Source of the DNA: Basidiobolus meristosporus CBS 931.73
Lineage: Eukaryota > Fungi > Basidiobolomycota
DNA length: 64,000 nucleotides
Assembly: GCA_002104905.1 (NCBI GenBank)
Contig: MCFE01000156.1
Span: forward strand, 62,001 to 126,000
Direction: 5' to 3'
Below the pieces are notes generated by a model. It was not told where the DNA came from and made no database searches. It was given only the letters and a program-made list of their open reading frames with translations. Numbering within the stretch: the first letter of the stretch is position 1; each line of letters opens with the position of its first letter. Positions 24,108 through 36,821 of this stretch are shown piece after piece. The position numbers were made by a program, and so were the translations under genes.

Positions 24108-26621
24108 CTGCCATGAATACCTCCTGAATATCTGCAAAGAACTTCTTGGTATTTAGCCAGTATATTCCTTCTCCCTGCTGGATTCCAGTCTCACCTATAG
24201 GTGTACTCTGGCTTCTGTCTGTGTGAATTCCATATTGAATGGTGTAAAAGTTGTCTTGTGACCATGAGAAGTCTGGCATACCTTGGTAGAGCTTTCCTGA
24301 TAAAAATTAGCTGGTTGTTGCACCCAACCCAACTTTGCATTACTTAACTGATTACCCATGCATTGAGGCTGCTGAGCTTCTTAGTGTCATAGCCATGGTG
24401 TCTCTATGTGGGCATTTGTCCTCAGTATGTTCCAACTCTTCCTGGCTTTCCTCCATGTGCCAACTCATTACATCCATGACAGACTTGAAGGTAATATTCT
24501 TAATGAGATTGGGATATTGTAGTACCAGCAACTTGACTTGTCTTCCTATCCCCCCCACACATCTGCTCCATAGGAAACTCCCAAAAGGTGAGGCAAGGCC
24601 CAATATTCTCCACACACCATGCAAGATGGAGTAGAGAATGGATACAGTAGCGGCAGAGATTTACACATTCAGCTTTTTGTTTGCAGTATAGCCACTTAAA
24701 ACCTGTCACAAACTCCTCACACAACAGCTATAGATGTGTTAAGTTGGCAATGGTGATCTGCTTCTGGATAAATATTCCCACAATGTCCACATATGACACC
24801 CAAAGTTTTCAATGTACTCTTGGTAGGAATGGCTTCAGAACGCCACTTGAATAAGTATGTAGCCAGTTCATCCAGTCTGTGGACTTGTATTGTTGCATAT
24901 GTATATGGATATTAATTGGAGCCTGCAAGAAGTACTTAGGGTAGTGGATACTCTGTAATATCTTGCCAATTCTTTCAAATTTCTCCAGTGTCTCAAAGGG
25001 CTCATTTAGCTTGAAATGCCCCATGTACAACTTGGTCATCAATATAGGGATGTCCTCAGTGCTGGTGTTTGGGTAATAGTAATGTGTGTGAGTAATGGAG
25101 TAAATCCCTTGGATTTCACACATTTGATGGTAATATTGTCCATTGTGCTTTAAAAAACCTGCTATCTTGCTGATGGCTGGGGTATCATCAATCTAGATAA
25201 TAATATGTGCTTTTACATGACAGCCATTTACTGTTATCCCACTGGAAAGCATACAAAATTCATCTAGCAATTGATACAGGCAGCTATCCAGATTGGACAT
25301 TGATTTAGGCCCATATACCAGTGAGACTACCATTTTATCAATGCTCTGATACCATAAGTTGGGCAGCAGATTCAGATTGATGATAAGCAGTGGCTGGTAG
25401 TATTTGCTGGTAGAGTACTTGTTTAGTGAGAATCCATCAAATGCAAAAGCAAAGGCATGGTCATTCATACCTTCAAAGTAGCCCTTGCTTCTTAGCTGTT
25501 TGTGATGTTTGCCATCAAATATGTTGGATATGTTTTTGCTTGATTGATACAAGTGTGGTACTGTATAGCTTTGCAATATTAGTTAGACTGCATCAGCTTC
25601 CTCAGGCAGGGTATGATCCGGATATATCCAGAGTGTGAACAATGTTTTCCCTCATTGATGATGGACTCCTGACAATTTGGACACGGTGCAATGGTAGCAT
25701 TTTTGGATGTGAATTCCATGCAACTGTTTACACATGCTGGAATCAGGACAGTGTCTGGATCATATGTTGCCAGTTGCATGACAGTTGTCCACTTGTATCC
25801 TGCACATGGTAAGTTGCATCCTGGTATGATTTTGGCTAGAAGTAGTAATAAATCCTCAAAGCCCCCATTACTGATATTAGTGGAAACGTGCCACTTCTCT
25901 AGCCACAACACTACATCACTCACCAATAAATGGATAACTGAGCTCACTTGGCTCCATAGAGTATCCTTGGCATTGGTTTCAATAGGTGTTGTCTCATTGC
26001 CTATAGGGATTTGACTAGGCTCATATGTGGTACTGTGGTTGGGGGGACAAGTTCAAAATCTATCAGTGAACCTTCTTTGTCAGAGCTATCACTCTGCATG
26101 CCATATTCAGAAGGCTGAGGTGAGCCTAAAGGTGTCACAAACTCACCTGACTCAGTTTGTGCAAGGTGACAAAGACAGCCCGGTGCCAATATAGAAGTAT
26201 CATCTGCCTGGCAAGTTAATGTTGATACAATAGTGATCAATGAATGGTCAAATATGACTTGGGTGGCAAAACACTGGCTGTAATCCTTGTAATACTTCCT
26301 ATGATGTCTGTGTGCTTCATGGCTGAGAGGCTTGCCACAATAGCCCCATGGTCTTTTTTCTCTTCTCTTATGGTGTTGAGTCAAAGTAGTCATGTCCATG
26401 TGGTAAACAGTTTGACCTTCCACCACATAGCACTATTATATCATTTTTTGGTCAATACTCATGTGAATTGAATACAGTCTGGTATTTGAGACATTACACC
26501 TACATGAATGTAGGATTCAATGATGACCTGCCATAGTAAGCATTACAAATAAAGTTGTGGCACCACATACAAATATATATGTAACACTGCTTTCCCTTTG
26601 GTTTGACTCACTACCATATAT

Positions 26622-29600
26622 TTGCCACCAAAAAATAAAGCAAAGCTGTCTGGTTACCAACTAAGCCCCACTGCTGATGGTAACAGAAGAATGGTTGGAC
26701 AACAGCTTGCTTGGACATTCAGTGCAACAAGCAGGGCTACATTCAAAAAAGGCCCTGTGGACAGTGTGCCCATTGAAGGTAAAAATGCAGACTCCTCAGG
26801 CTCTCAGTCAAGTGGGCAATTGAGAACCTCTGCAGAGCCACAAGCTGACTGTTATGCTCAGGCAGAAGAGAATGTAGCAAACACAGTACCCTCAGTTGAA
26901 GACCAGCAAGTGGCCATGATAACATCACCACCACCCACATTAACAAGTATGTGCTCATACCAAAGCATTAATGAAGCAATTAGGTGCAGTGGCTGATAGG
27001 ATAGATGTGATGGCCCAGAAAAATCAGGAAATAGTCCAGAAACAGGATGAGTAGATAATAATTGTAGAGCAATCAATATTCTAGGTAGCAAAAGCAGTAT
27101 CTTTGCTGCAAAGAAGGAACTCAAGTAGCTCAATGTCACAGCCAAGGACTGAGCCATTTCCCACTGTAACAGCAGAGGAACACTGTGCAGTCTTTGAAGC
27201 ACAGCAGCAGTGCCCAAAGATTAAGCCCATAGAAAAATCTATCAAAGCATGGGAGGGAGATAATGCGGTGTTTATACCAAAGCCTAAAAATCAAAAGACA
27301 TTGAAGTTCTGTGATGCTGCTGAGTGCAATAACAAAGAGTGGGCTAGTATACAAGAGGCCATCAGAAGTTTAGCATGCCATCACCTTAAGGCTGGCATAC
27401 CATGGGACCATCAGGAACTCAAGGCCAAGTAGAATCCACTTGACTTGTTCCATGAGCATTATCCTGGATTCAAATGGGCAAACAGATTTTGGGCCAGCAT
27501 TGGTATGCTAAGAAAGCATCTTATGAATATCAGAAACTATCAAAGGCAGAAGAACAAGGGTGCCATGGCTAAAAACCAGCGGCTTCCTCAAGAGCCCATT
27601 ATAAGCAGGGCCAAAAGCTTCAGACAAGCATCAGAGACATCAGGCAGCTGGAAGTGTACCAATTAGGGACAAGCAGGCAGACACAGATGCACCAGCACAA
27701 CATTTATCAAGGAAAAAGTGTAGTACCACTCAAGAAGCATCCAGTCAATGTAGCAGTGAAGGACCTGGCAGCAATAGAAACTAGCCGCTTTTACAGGAGC
27801 GTGTTGCAACTACAGCTGAGAGCTCAAAACAAGCGGAAAAGAAATGTCAGGTTGCCAGAAGAGTGCCAGCAAGGGACAAGCAGGCCAAAACAGATGCGTC
27901 AGAGCAGAATTTATCAAGGAGAAAGCGTAGTTCTTTACAAGAAGCACCCAGACAAATTAGCAGTGAAAGACCCGGCAGTGATAAAGGAAAAGGTAAAGGG
28001 AAAAAGGTCTATCCAAGCCTAAGACAGGGAGGCATGCAAAGAAACCGCAGTTCTTGCCAATTAGCACCACAAGCCAGGAACAGACTGAATCCCATCATAG
28101 CCAAGAAGAATTATCAACAAGAAAACAGCTGTTTTCACAAGAATTGGAAGTGCTGTGATGGTGTGTAAGTCCAAGGGAGAGATACATCCAACACTTCTCA
28201 AGTGTTTTGTGTGTGGGGTGTTCACTGGGTGCAACAACCTCTAGCAAAAGCTTGCTAGGAATACTTGGGTTCTGTCTCTAATCTAATGTGATGGGGAACA
28301 AAGCCATAAGCTTGTCAAGGGAAAACTATTGAGCTACAATCCCCAACTTAGTTGGCATCATAACAAAAGTATGTGCTGGGTTCAGCATCCTTTGAGATGA
28401 CATTGTACTAAAGCTTTCAAGGTCAAAACAGCTGTAAGCTCCACCAGCAGGGACTTGATAAGAATGCAGCTGTGGTCAATAGTTATAATGACAGAAGAGT
28501 GTCTTTGCCTGTACAAGAACAAACTTGGGAAAGAATCAAATATAATAAAAGATACCTACTCTGAGTATTCCTCACAAGTAGTGCCTCCAAGGTCAGTTGG
28601 CTGTCAGCATGGTTTCCTGGGAGTGTCCTGTGGTCTGGGGTTGGAAGTTCAGGTAGCAGCAGGTAGCAGTGATCACACTAATCATCAAGTCAGTATGTTG
28701 ATGAAAGGGATGATGATTTATTGTTGAGGGATAGCCTCCCTTATATACTTTGCTTATTGACTAAGTGATTACTAATCATGGTGTTTTCAAAGGTTCTGGA
28801 TATGAATAGAAATCTTAATGACATCAGAATGACCTAAGAATGTTCTAAGTAGGTGCCAGAAGGTTCTAAGAGGCACAGCACATCCAACCAATCAGGAATC
28901 AGTACTCTGAAACCTGTGTAACATGGGGATACCAGATATGGTATGGAAATGGTAGGGATGGTGATATGGGTTGATTGTGTGTCACAGGTACTGGCGTGGG
29001 TACTTGCCTAATATAGAAGCACTTGCTGCTAGTAATCTTACATAAAGTAGGGGATAACTTATGCCATAAGGTAGCAGGTGTGATAGTCAACTGGCTTATG
29101 GGATAGTACTGATCAGGCAAGACAAATGGGATAAAACTAAAATAAGGGTAGTAGAGAAATAAGGAAGTAGAAAATATAGGAATGAGCACATCTGTCAGTG
29201 GGTGTTACTGTGACCCCACTACATTCACCCCTCTCTCAGCTTTGAGCTTGGGTCAAAGCAAACTAGTTTTGATATGCAAAACTGTTATGCTTGAATAACT
29301 TAAGTTGGTTTCCTGCAACTGGTGCTCTCAGCTGGGTGTTATCAAGCTCAGATATGTAGTAGCTTCCATTTCCAATCACCTTGAAAATGAGGCAGGGGCC
29401 ACTCTATTTGTTGTCAAACTTCCAACTCCATTGTTTGTCCAAGGTGGAGTCATAGAGTGATACCGGGTCTCCTAGTGATAGTGGTTTTGATCTTGTTGTG
29501 TGTGATTTGTCAAAGGGCACTTTGTTTTTTAGTTGTGTATCCTTAAGTTGTTCAGCAGCTCTGTTGAGATTCAAGTCCTGGTGATCAAGTTGCTGTATGC

Positions 29601-32600
29601 AAGTTGCAAGGAGGTCTTCAGTCTGCACATTGGATCTCCAATTCAATGAGTTCCAGGTGACTGTATTTAACTCAACTGGTAGTATGCAGTCATGTCCATA
29701 GAGTAGCCCAAATGGTGATAATCCAGTTGTTCTCTTGGTAGTAATTCTATCTTCCCAGAGTGCAAGATGTAATTGCTGTGGCCACAGTATTGCATTATTC
29801 TCACAGGTCTTGACAAGAGAGTTCACAAATGGTCCATGTCCTCTCTCTATCATTCCATTGGCATGAGGGTGGTAAGCTATAGTAAAAGCAATGTGTATCT
29901 TGTACTATGAGTGCAGCTCCTGGATCATTAGGGATGTCATCTCTTCTCTCACAGCAACAAGCTGCCAGATGCAGCCAAATCTACAGATAATGTCCTCATG
30001 TAAAAATCTCCATATGGTATAACTCTTGTTGTTGGGTAAAGCTCAAGCCTCTGCCCATCCACTAAGGTCATCTCTAGCAACAATCAGGTACTTCTTTGAT
30101 CCAGATGTTGGCATGTGGACAAGGTCAATACCTACCTTTTTCCATAAACAGATTGCGTAATTAGGATGCAGTAGTTCTTCATAATGCTTAAAGGATCTCT
30201 TCTGGCAGGCTACACATGACTCAACAAAGTGTTGAATATCATAGTACATGTTTTCCCAGTAGTACCTCTGAGCAGTGGTGTTGTAGGTAGCTTCTTGACC
30301 TCTATGTCCTTCTGGTTCTCCTTGGTGGATACTTGTCATGATGCTCAGTTGCTCTTGTGGGGTAGTGACTACTCTTCTTGGAATATGTCCAGGCTTCACT
30401 CATTTAAAGAGAAGATCATCTTTGAGATAGTAGTAGTGTTCCTTCTTTCTGAGTTTCCTAAACTCTTGAATTTCCATCCAACTAGGCTTCTTGAGTGTCC
30501 TTAGATATTCCTTGATCAGACCCCAGGTAGTTCTCTGTTGGTCTTTGGTGGCAATCTGTTGGATCTCTGCATCAATGATATCATCAAAGTGAGGGTCCAA
30601 TTCTTCAAATAATTGTGGTCCCTTACTGGAGAGTGCATCAGCCACAACATTTGTCTTGCCAGGGACATGTCTGACCTCAAAGTCAAACATTTTCAGCCAT
30701 GCCATCCATTGGCTTGTGGCATCATCAGGTATGTCAGGCTTGTTGATCATTCCTTTAAGTGGCTTGGCATCTGTCTCCAGGATGAAATGTGTCATGTAGA
30801 GTTGTGACTTCAGCTTCCTCAGTATCTTCATAACTCCTAGTAGTGCTCTCTTAATCTGTGGGTATCTTTGTTCTCTAGGAGAGAATAGGCAGCTTTCATA
30901 TCTGCTGGTATAGCAGTTGCCATCTTCATCATCTTGGCCAAGTAGTGCCCCAGCTCCTATAGGGCTTGCATCCACTGTCAAAATAGGGGGACATTCAGTG
31001 CTCTGATAGTCAGGAGGTCTTAGAACTGGTGGAGACACTAAGGCCACTTTCAGTAATTGCATGGCTTCTTCTTGCTCTTCTCCCCAGATAAATGGGGTAT
31101 TCTTTCTCTGTAGCTGGTAGATTGGTCCTGCCATCTCAAAAATCTTGGGATACAGATCCTAAAGAACCCACAAGCTGCCACAAAGCCATGAGCCTGTGTT
31201 AGATTTGTGAGGGTAGGCCAGTTGCATATCTTTTGTGTCTTGGAGTCTCCAGGTGAACAATCAAAGGTGTTGCATTTTTGTCCAACAATGGATATATCTG
31301 ATACACCAAAGCTGCTTTTCTCTCCACTGATGGTGAGTTCAGCTTCTTCAACGGCTTGTAATATGGTATCATTGTCTGAAATATGGTCATAGACAAGCTT
31401 TCTTACTCCAGGCATAACTTCAGTTGTCTCCCAGAGTTTTGGGCCTTTGATGCCTATGTCATCAACAAAGACAGCAAGCTTCTCAGGTATAAAATGGTAC
31501 AGTACACTCACCATGCATCTCTGGAACTGAGCTATGGAGCTTGTAGCCCCTTGACTGAGTCTTGTCATCCTTAACAGTCCAAATGGTGTCTGGAGTGCAC
31601 ACATATTTCTTGATATCTCATCAAGGAGGATCTGGTCATATCCTGAGTAGATATCATATGTTGAGTAGATGGAGTGGCCACTAAAGCTTTCTGCAAAGTC
31701 ATCAGTAGATGGAGGTATAGCAGCATCTTTAATAGTGGCAGCATTTGCAGGTTGCATGTCTTGAATGAATTGGAGCTTTCCATTCTTCTATTTGGTCACA
31801 AACCATCTGTTAGCATAAGGTCCATAGCAAGGTTCTAGGATACCAGCTTCTATCTTCTTCTTAAGTAGGTCATGCACATCAGCTTGGAGTCCTCTGGGCA
31901 GTGAGTAGGGCTTAAATGACCAGGGTGTGTGGGTCACTGTATGAATCTTGATAGGTTCTTCAACCAATGTCTTTAAGAGTCTCATCTCCTTGTCATTATA
32001 TGAGAAGACCTTATCATGCCTTTTCAAGGTTTCTTCAAATAATGGTATCTCCTCTGGTGTTTGGTTTCTATCACCAATGGTAAGTTGTTTAAGTCTCTCA
32101 GGTGTAAGTTGTATATCACCTGGTGTTCCTTCTGGTGGTCTAATGTAATCAGCAGGTTGAGATCCATCAGTCAGAGGTGTAAGTGATGGTCTAATCTTCT
32201 GTTCTACCGTCATGTATTTTGTGTGAGCCATACCTGTCAGTGGGTGTCACTGTGACCCCACTACAGCGCAGCCAGTTGAGCTACACTGCGGCAAAGTAGA
32301 TGAGTCTGAAAGAGGCAACTTGACTACCGCAGCCTCCACTTCCTACATTGTTGAGAGAGTGGAGATTCCACTGACAGATAAGGCTACAACATCAAGAGCT
32401 TGAAAGGCTATATCAGTGCCTTCAGTGGAATTTTGGATTATTAATAGGCACACCACAAGGTTGCAGCACTTCTTCAAGAGCAGTGCTCAAGAAATCCACT
32501 TGAATAGTGCAAGGATTTATTGCAAAAACTGGCAGGTGAGGTGCTAGACTTTGCAGTGCCAGCTGAAGACCAGGATATGTGGGAACCAGTGAACAAACAG

Positions 32601-32670
32601 TGACATAAAGCTGTTGGGTTCCTGCCAAAGTTGTGGAACCATAGCCTTACTGCAGACATACTTATTGAGT
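26622..32670 (+). pseudogene. ORF-A of the CACTA-like unit (~1.9 kb; predicted coiled-coil plus Lys-rich repeats), split by gypsy family B
   Basis: Pieces 26622-26996, 27103-27432, 27445-27666 and 27654-28022 resume at 32266 and match the uninterrupted junction in the inverted copy near 3200-3260. Confidence 0.75.
28154..32265 (-). mobile_element. Gypsy family B element with an internal deletion (5' LTR reduced to ~32 bp; gag and protease region lost)
   Basis: 3' LTR 28154-29223, PPT GAGAGAGGGGTGAA (29224-29237), pol fragments (RT FVDDIG, RNase H TVDASPIGAG, integrase ..C..C and D,D-E core), LTR-start remnant 32234-32265, TSD GTGC/GCGC. Confidence 0.9.
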
Positions 32671-33133
32671 GGTGGATTTTAATAAAGTTACTTGTTGAGT
32701 GTGGGGTTAGGCTTAATGTTAGCATAGGGCATAGGGACTTGCATAGGTCAATACAATCGGCAATTGAGGTACAACTGAAGTTTCTATAAAAATAAATCAA
32801 TTTGTACACATGAAAAGTAAGAGAAACAGTTGAGTCAGGAAGTAAGGAGTGTGAAAAAGAAGCAATAGCCAATCAATGCACACAAACATAGGAGGCAATA
32901 GAGTCCCAGGATCAGAAAGTGAGCAAATTGGCAGGGAACCAATTAAAAGTCACTTATATGTTGTTGTGATGAAAAATTTTGACCAAGTTTTTTGTGAAAT
33001 CTGTGGTGCAGTTATTTTCAGTGGTCTCTGTAAGGTGTCCTGACAAAATCAGAACCTCTTAGTCACAGGACTTTAATTTTTTGATGGCCTTTTGACAGGA
33101 TCATCACAATAATTTCTCACAGCAAAAGTATAA

Positions 33134-33341
33134 ATACATGAAAATGCTCAAAGTGGTCCAAACAGCCCCAGACTTTGCACACATATTCTGGGACCATCCT
33201 TAACCTATTTTCTGTGTCTGTTATGCCAAGACCATGTAAAAGTATAATTACTACTGTTACATTCAATATAATATTAAGTGAAAACCATAAAATCATCTTG
33301 GGCTCCCAATCACTTCCAATATCTCCAAGACTCTTACAACA
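33134..33341 (+). repeat. Partial copia-family LTR
   Basis: catgaaaatgctcaaagtggtccaaacagcccc...ctccaagactcttacaaca matches the 3' two-thirds of the copia LTR. Confidence 0.75.
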
Positions 33342-33790
33342 GTATATATTACCACCTATACAAGGTGTATGGCAACTTTGCAAGTTCCACACTAATATGC
33401 TGCACAGTTGAGGTGATAGAAGTATGTCAATTGTGGCAGGTGTGCATGTTTTTAGAGGCTAGTAAGCTGGAGGCCATAATATTTTTTGATTGGAACTAAA
33501 TGCAGAATACCCAAGGTAGTCGTGGGTAAGCAAATAATGTGGGGTGATTCTACCATAAAGTATATCAATTTCACAAGGGCAAGTAGAAAAAGGACATACC
33601 AATTGGTAAATTAGTATGATAGCATTACACAGAACTAGTTGTAGGTTGCCATACTGCCGTAATAGTGCCATTAAAGGCCTGCAATGAGGCTGTCAAAACA
33701 CCACCAAGCTTTTGCCATATAAGGCAATTGGATGTACTGACTGGTTAGATCCACTGAAATTGTTGTAGAGTCCACTAAGACTGCTACAAT
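33342..33790 (+). pseudogene. 3' fragment of the CACTA transposase, inverted relative to the main copy
   Basis: Reverse-complement homology to ~18700-19140; ORF 33459-33671 matches ORF 18720-19016. Confidence 0.7.
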
Positions 33791-33989
33791 GCCATGCCTC
33801 TCTTGGCAAAATACTGTACAAACACTGTTATGTTTTTAATTTTATTTGGCTGTAAAGTTTGCCACACACCATTGTGATTGCGTCATGAGACTGTGTAGAT
33901 GGTCATTAATTCCAAGTTGCTGGTATTATAGTGGTCTTCTCATGGGATCTTGGTGACTCATCAAGACTGGATTTACCTGCTGGACCAAG

Positions 33990-36821
33990 TTACTTTTCAT
34001 AGCCATACATCCCTGATTATCTTCAGATAAAGTAACAGGCATGTTGACATAAGCCTAAATCTTTAAGAATCTTTGTTAACCATGTTGCCTCTCCTGTAGC
34101 TTCACAGTCTGCCATATACTCTGCCTCTGTGGTAGACAGTGCTAAAGTTGGTTGTTTACATAAATTTCATTAAATTGCTCCTTCACAGTAAAGAAAGGTT
34201 TATGCTGTGGTATACCTTCTGTCTTCTAGATTTTGTCTCCAATGAGCATCAGAGTATCCCATAAGATCTTGTTCTGAATCCTTATAGGTGAGCTTTAAGC
34301 AGATATCAGCAGTTCCTTTTATTTATTTAAAAATCCACTTAACTGCCACTATATGATCAGATCCATAGTTCTGATAATGCTAGCTGATATCCCCCACTTA
34401 ATATGTTATATCTGGGCATGTTCCAAGCAAAATATACATCAGACTGCTGGCCATAGGTTGGTAAGGAAAGTTGGGGGTCTCAGATGGCACCAAGCTCTCC
34501 TAATTTGGTTGAGTTTACACAAAGTTAAGGTTTGTCTCCAATGGGGTAGCTGCCAATTTACTGTCTTTCATTTAGTGCCTCTTTAATATATCTTGAATAT
34601 ACTTGGATTGGCTTAGGGTCATAGTCTGGGTATTTCTGTCTGTGGAGAAATTTACTCTTTAGTAGTAACAAAGTTTCCTAGATCAGACAACTTGAACTCT
34701 TTAGATAGGCTAGGCTTAATCTCTTACAATGCTTCTAGGTTATTGGTGGCAATAATAAGATCATCCACATATAGAGCTGATAGAGTTGGATTTGCTCTAT
34801 CTGGCTGATGATATATAGTATAGTCAGCTATACTCCTTTTGAAACTTAAAGATTCCAAATAAGGATCTATTTTGCAATTCCGGGCTCTTGGTGATTGTTT
34901 GAGTCAATAGAGAGACTTGTTCAGCTTGCAGACAAAATGGTGGCTATCTTGGTCAGCAAACCCATCAGGCTGGCTTATTTACATGTCCTCTTCAAGTATT
35001 CCTTTGAAAAATTCAGCTTTTAACTCCATTTCATGTATAAGAAGTGTATATTTGGCAGCAATAGCCAATAATAATCTGATGGATTTAAGCTTGGCTACAA
35101 GTGCAAAGGTCTTAGTGTAGTCAAGACCTCTTGTTTGAGGGTATCCTTTGGCCACATGTCTTGCTTTGTAACCTTCAATATTACCATCAGCCTTGTATTT
35201 TCTCTTAAAGACCCATCAGCATCCAATTAACTTCTGATTGATTGGTAGCTTGATTCAGTCCCAAGTTTGATTTTCTATTAAGGCCTGATATTCTCCAGTC
35301 TTTGCAGATCTTCAAAACTTTGTCTGAGGGCTATTTGGGGCCACTTTTACAGTATGGAGCTCAGCAATATGGACTGAATAGGCATAGGCTAGGTTTGCAT
35401 CATCATAGATATAGTAATTTGAGCTATTTGTTATCTGGTTTAATCTCTGGGCATTTGATACTGGAATGATCACCCCTAGGATATTCCTGGGCACTGCCTC
35501 AAGCTGAACCATGGTTGTAGAGTCCTCAGGAGTGAGAAAGTCTCATTATTTTGCTGGGATCAATCCTGATAATTGATGGACTTGAGATCAGATATTTGTC
35601 ATCAACTGATGCCATTTCTGTTAAAGTCTTGACTTTTCATCATACAACACATCCCTAGGCTTGATCAGCTTCTTTACTTTGGTATTGCAGAGTCTGCATG
35701 CTTTACTCTCATTGCAGTAGCCCAAAACATGCATTTCATACTTTTTGGCTCAAATATTAACTGATTTCCAGGCAGTTTCTTGACATATGCTGCGCACCCA
35801 AATACTCCTATATGTTATGCACTTAGTCTGTATCCATACCATGCTTCTACTGGAGCAGAATCACAAAGTATTCTGTTATAGCTCCTATTTTCAAAGTATA
35901 CAGCTATGGCAACTGAATCTGTCCAAGAATCATAGGATTTTTTCGATCATGGATCATAGTTCTGGCCATATCAATTATTAATCTGTTTGCATGTTTGACT
36001 AATCCACTCTGCTGATGGAAATATGGTCCAGTAATCTCTTGCTTCATCCCGTGAATTATGCAGCAGTGAATGAAGAGTTTTGAGATATATTCTCTACCAC
36101 TGTCTGAGCATATTTTTCTGATTTTTTCACCAGTTTCTCTCTACTGTAACTCTAAACTCCCTGAGCTTAGACACAGCTTCTTTCTTTTGCTCCATGAAGT
36201 AGGCCCATGTGTATCTTGTATAATCATCAATAAAAGTGGTTAAATGCTTCATCCCACCTAAGGATAAATTTTGCATAGGTCCACACAGAGCAAGTGAATT
36301 ACATCTAATTTTTTCTTAGTTTTGATTAGCCCAGAGCTCTTGAATGGTTGTTGGGCTTGTTTCCCATATATGCAGGCTTCACAGTGCTTTAAATTAGCTG
36401 GGAGATCAGTTTTTACTCTAGAAATTAGCTGATCTCTGATCATTTTGCACAAATAATCAAATTGATGTGTCCAAATCTCCTGTGCCAAAGCATTGGGGTT
36501 TTTTCATTCAAGTCAATAGTATTGGCTTCCAGATATGATGGAATATATGTCAAATTATACAGATTCAGATTGTTGATACCCAAAGCAATATGAGTACCAT
36601 TTTGATCAGTGGTCCTGTATCCAGAGATATCAAAGCTGATATTGAGTCCTTCTGCTGCGGCCTTGCTTATATATGGTAGGTTCTTAGCTATTTCTGGTCC
36701 ATAGAGTACTTCTTAATGGTTGGTGGATAGCTTCCTTTGCTGCTATTAAAGCTTACTTGGATAGTTCCTTCTCCCACTGCATCATGTGTTTTGTTATCAC
36801 CCATGAAAACCTTCATGATTG
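33990..36821 (-). mobile_element. Heavily decayed Ty1/copia internal region (protease end to RNase H; left boundary approximate)
   Basis: Colinear with the copia at 41150-43950; many stops. Confidence 0.85.

Larger units (their letters stand above)
18550..26426 (-). pseudogene. CACTA/En-Spm (Transposase_21-type) transposase, ~2.9 kb, frameshifted and split by Ty3 at 19171-24107 (3' end approximate)
   Basis: Family-typical motifs: ACVNSC..CPNC, IFDG..L...GYF..FAFDGF, PLLIINLNLLP..GPK, DTPAISK..H, CIHSLLHL..IGP..FWEFPME. Confidence 0.85.

Noticed and set aside
27442-27452. GACTTGTTCCA (also ~4028-4038 and ~13087) as additional MITE ends
   Set aside because: It occurs at the same position inside ORF-A in every copy, with no partner TIR or TSD; coincidental.
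32234-32265. Hairpin ending in CACTACA read as a CACTA terminus or Helitron end
   Set aside because: It is the first 32 bp of the gypsy B LTR: the same sequence sits next to the PPT at 29223, with matching TSDs.
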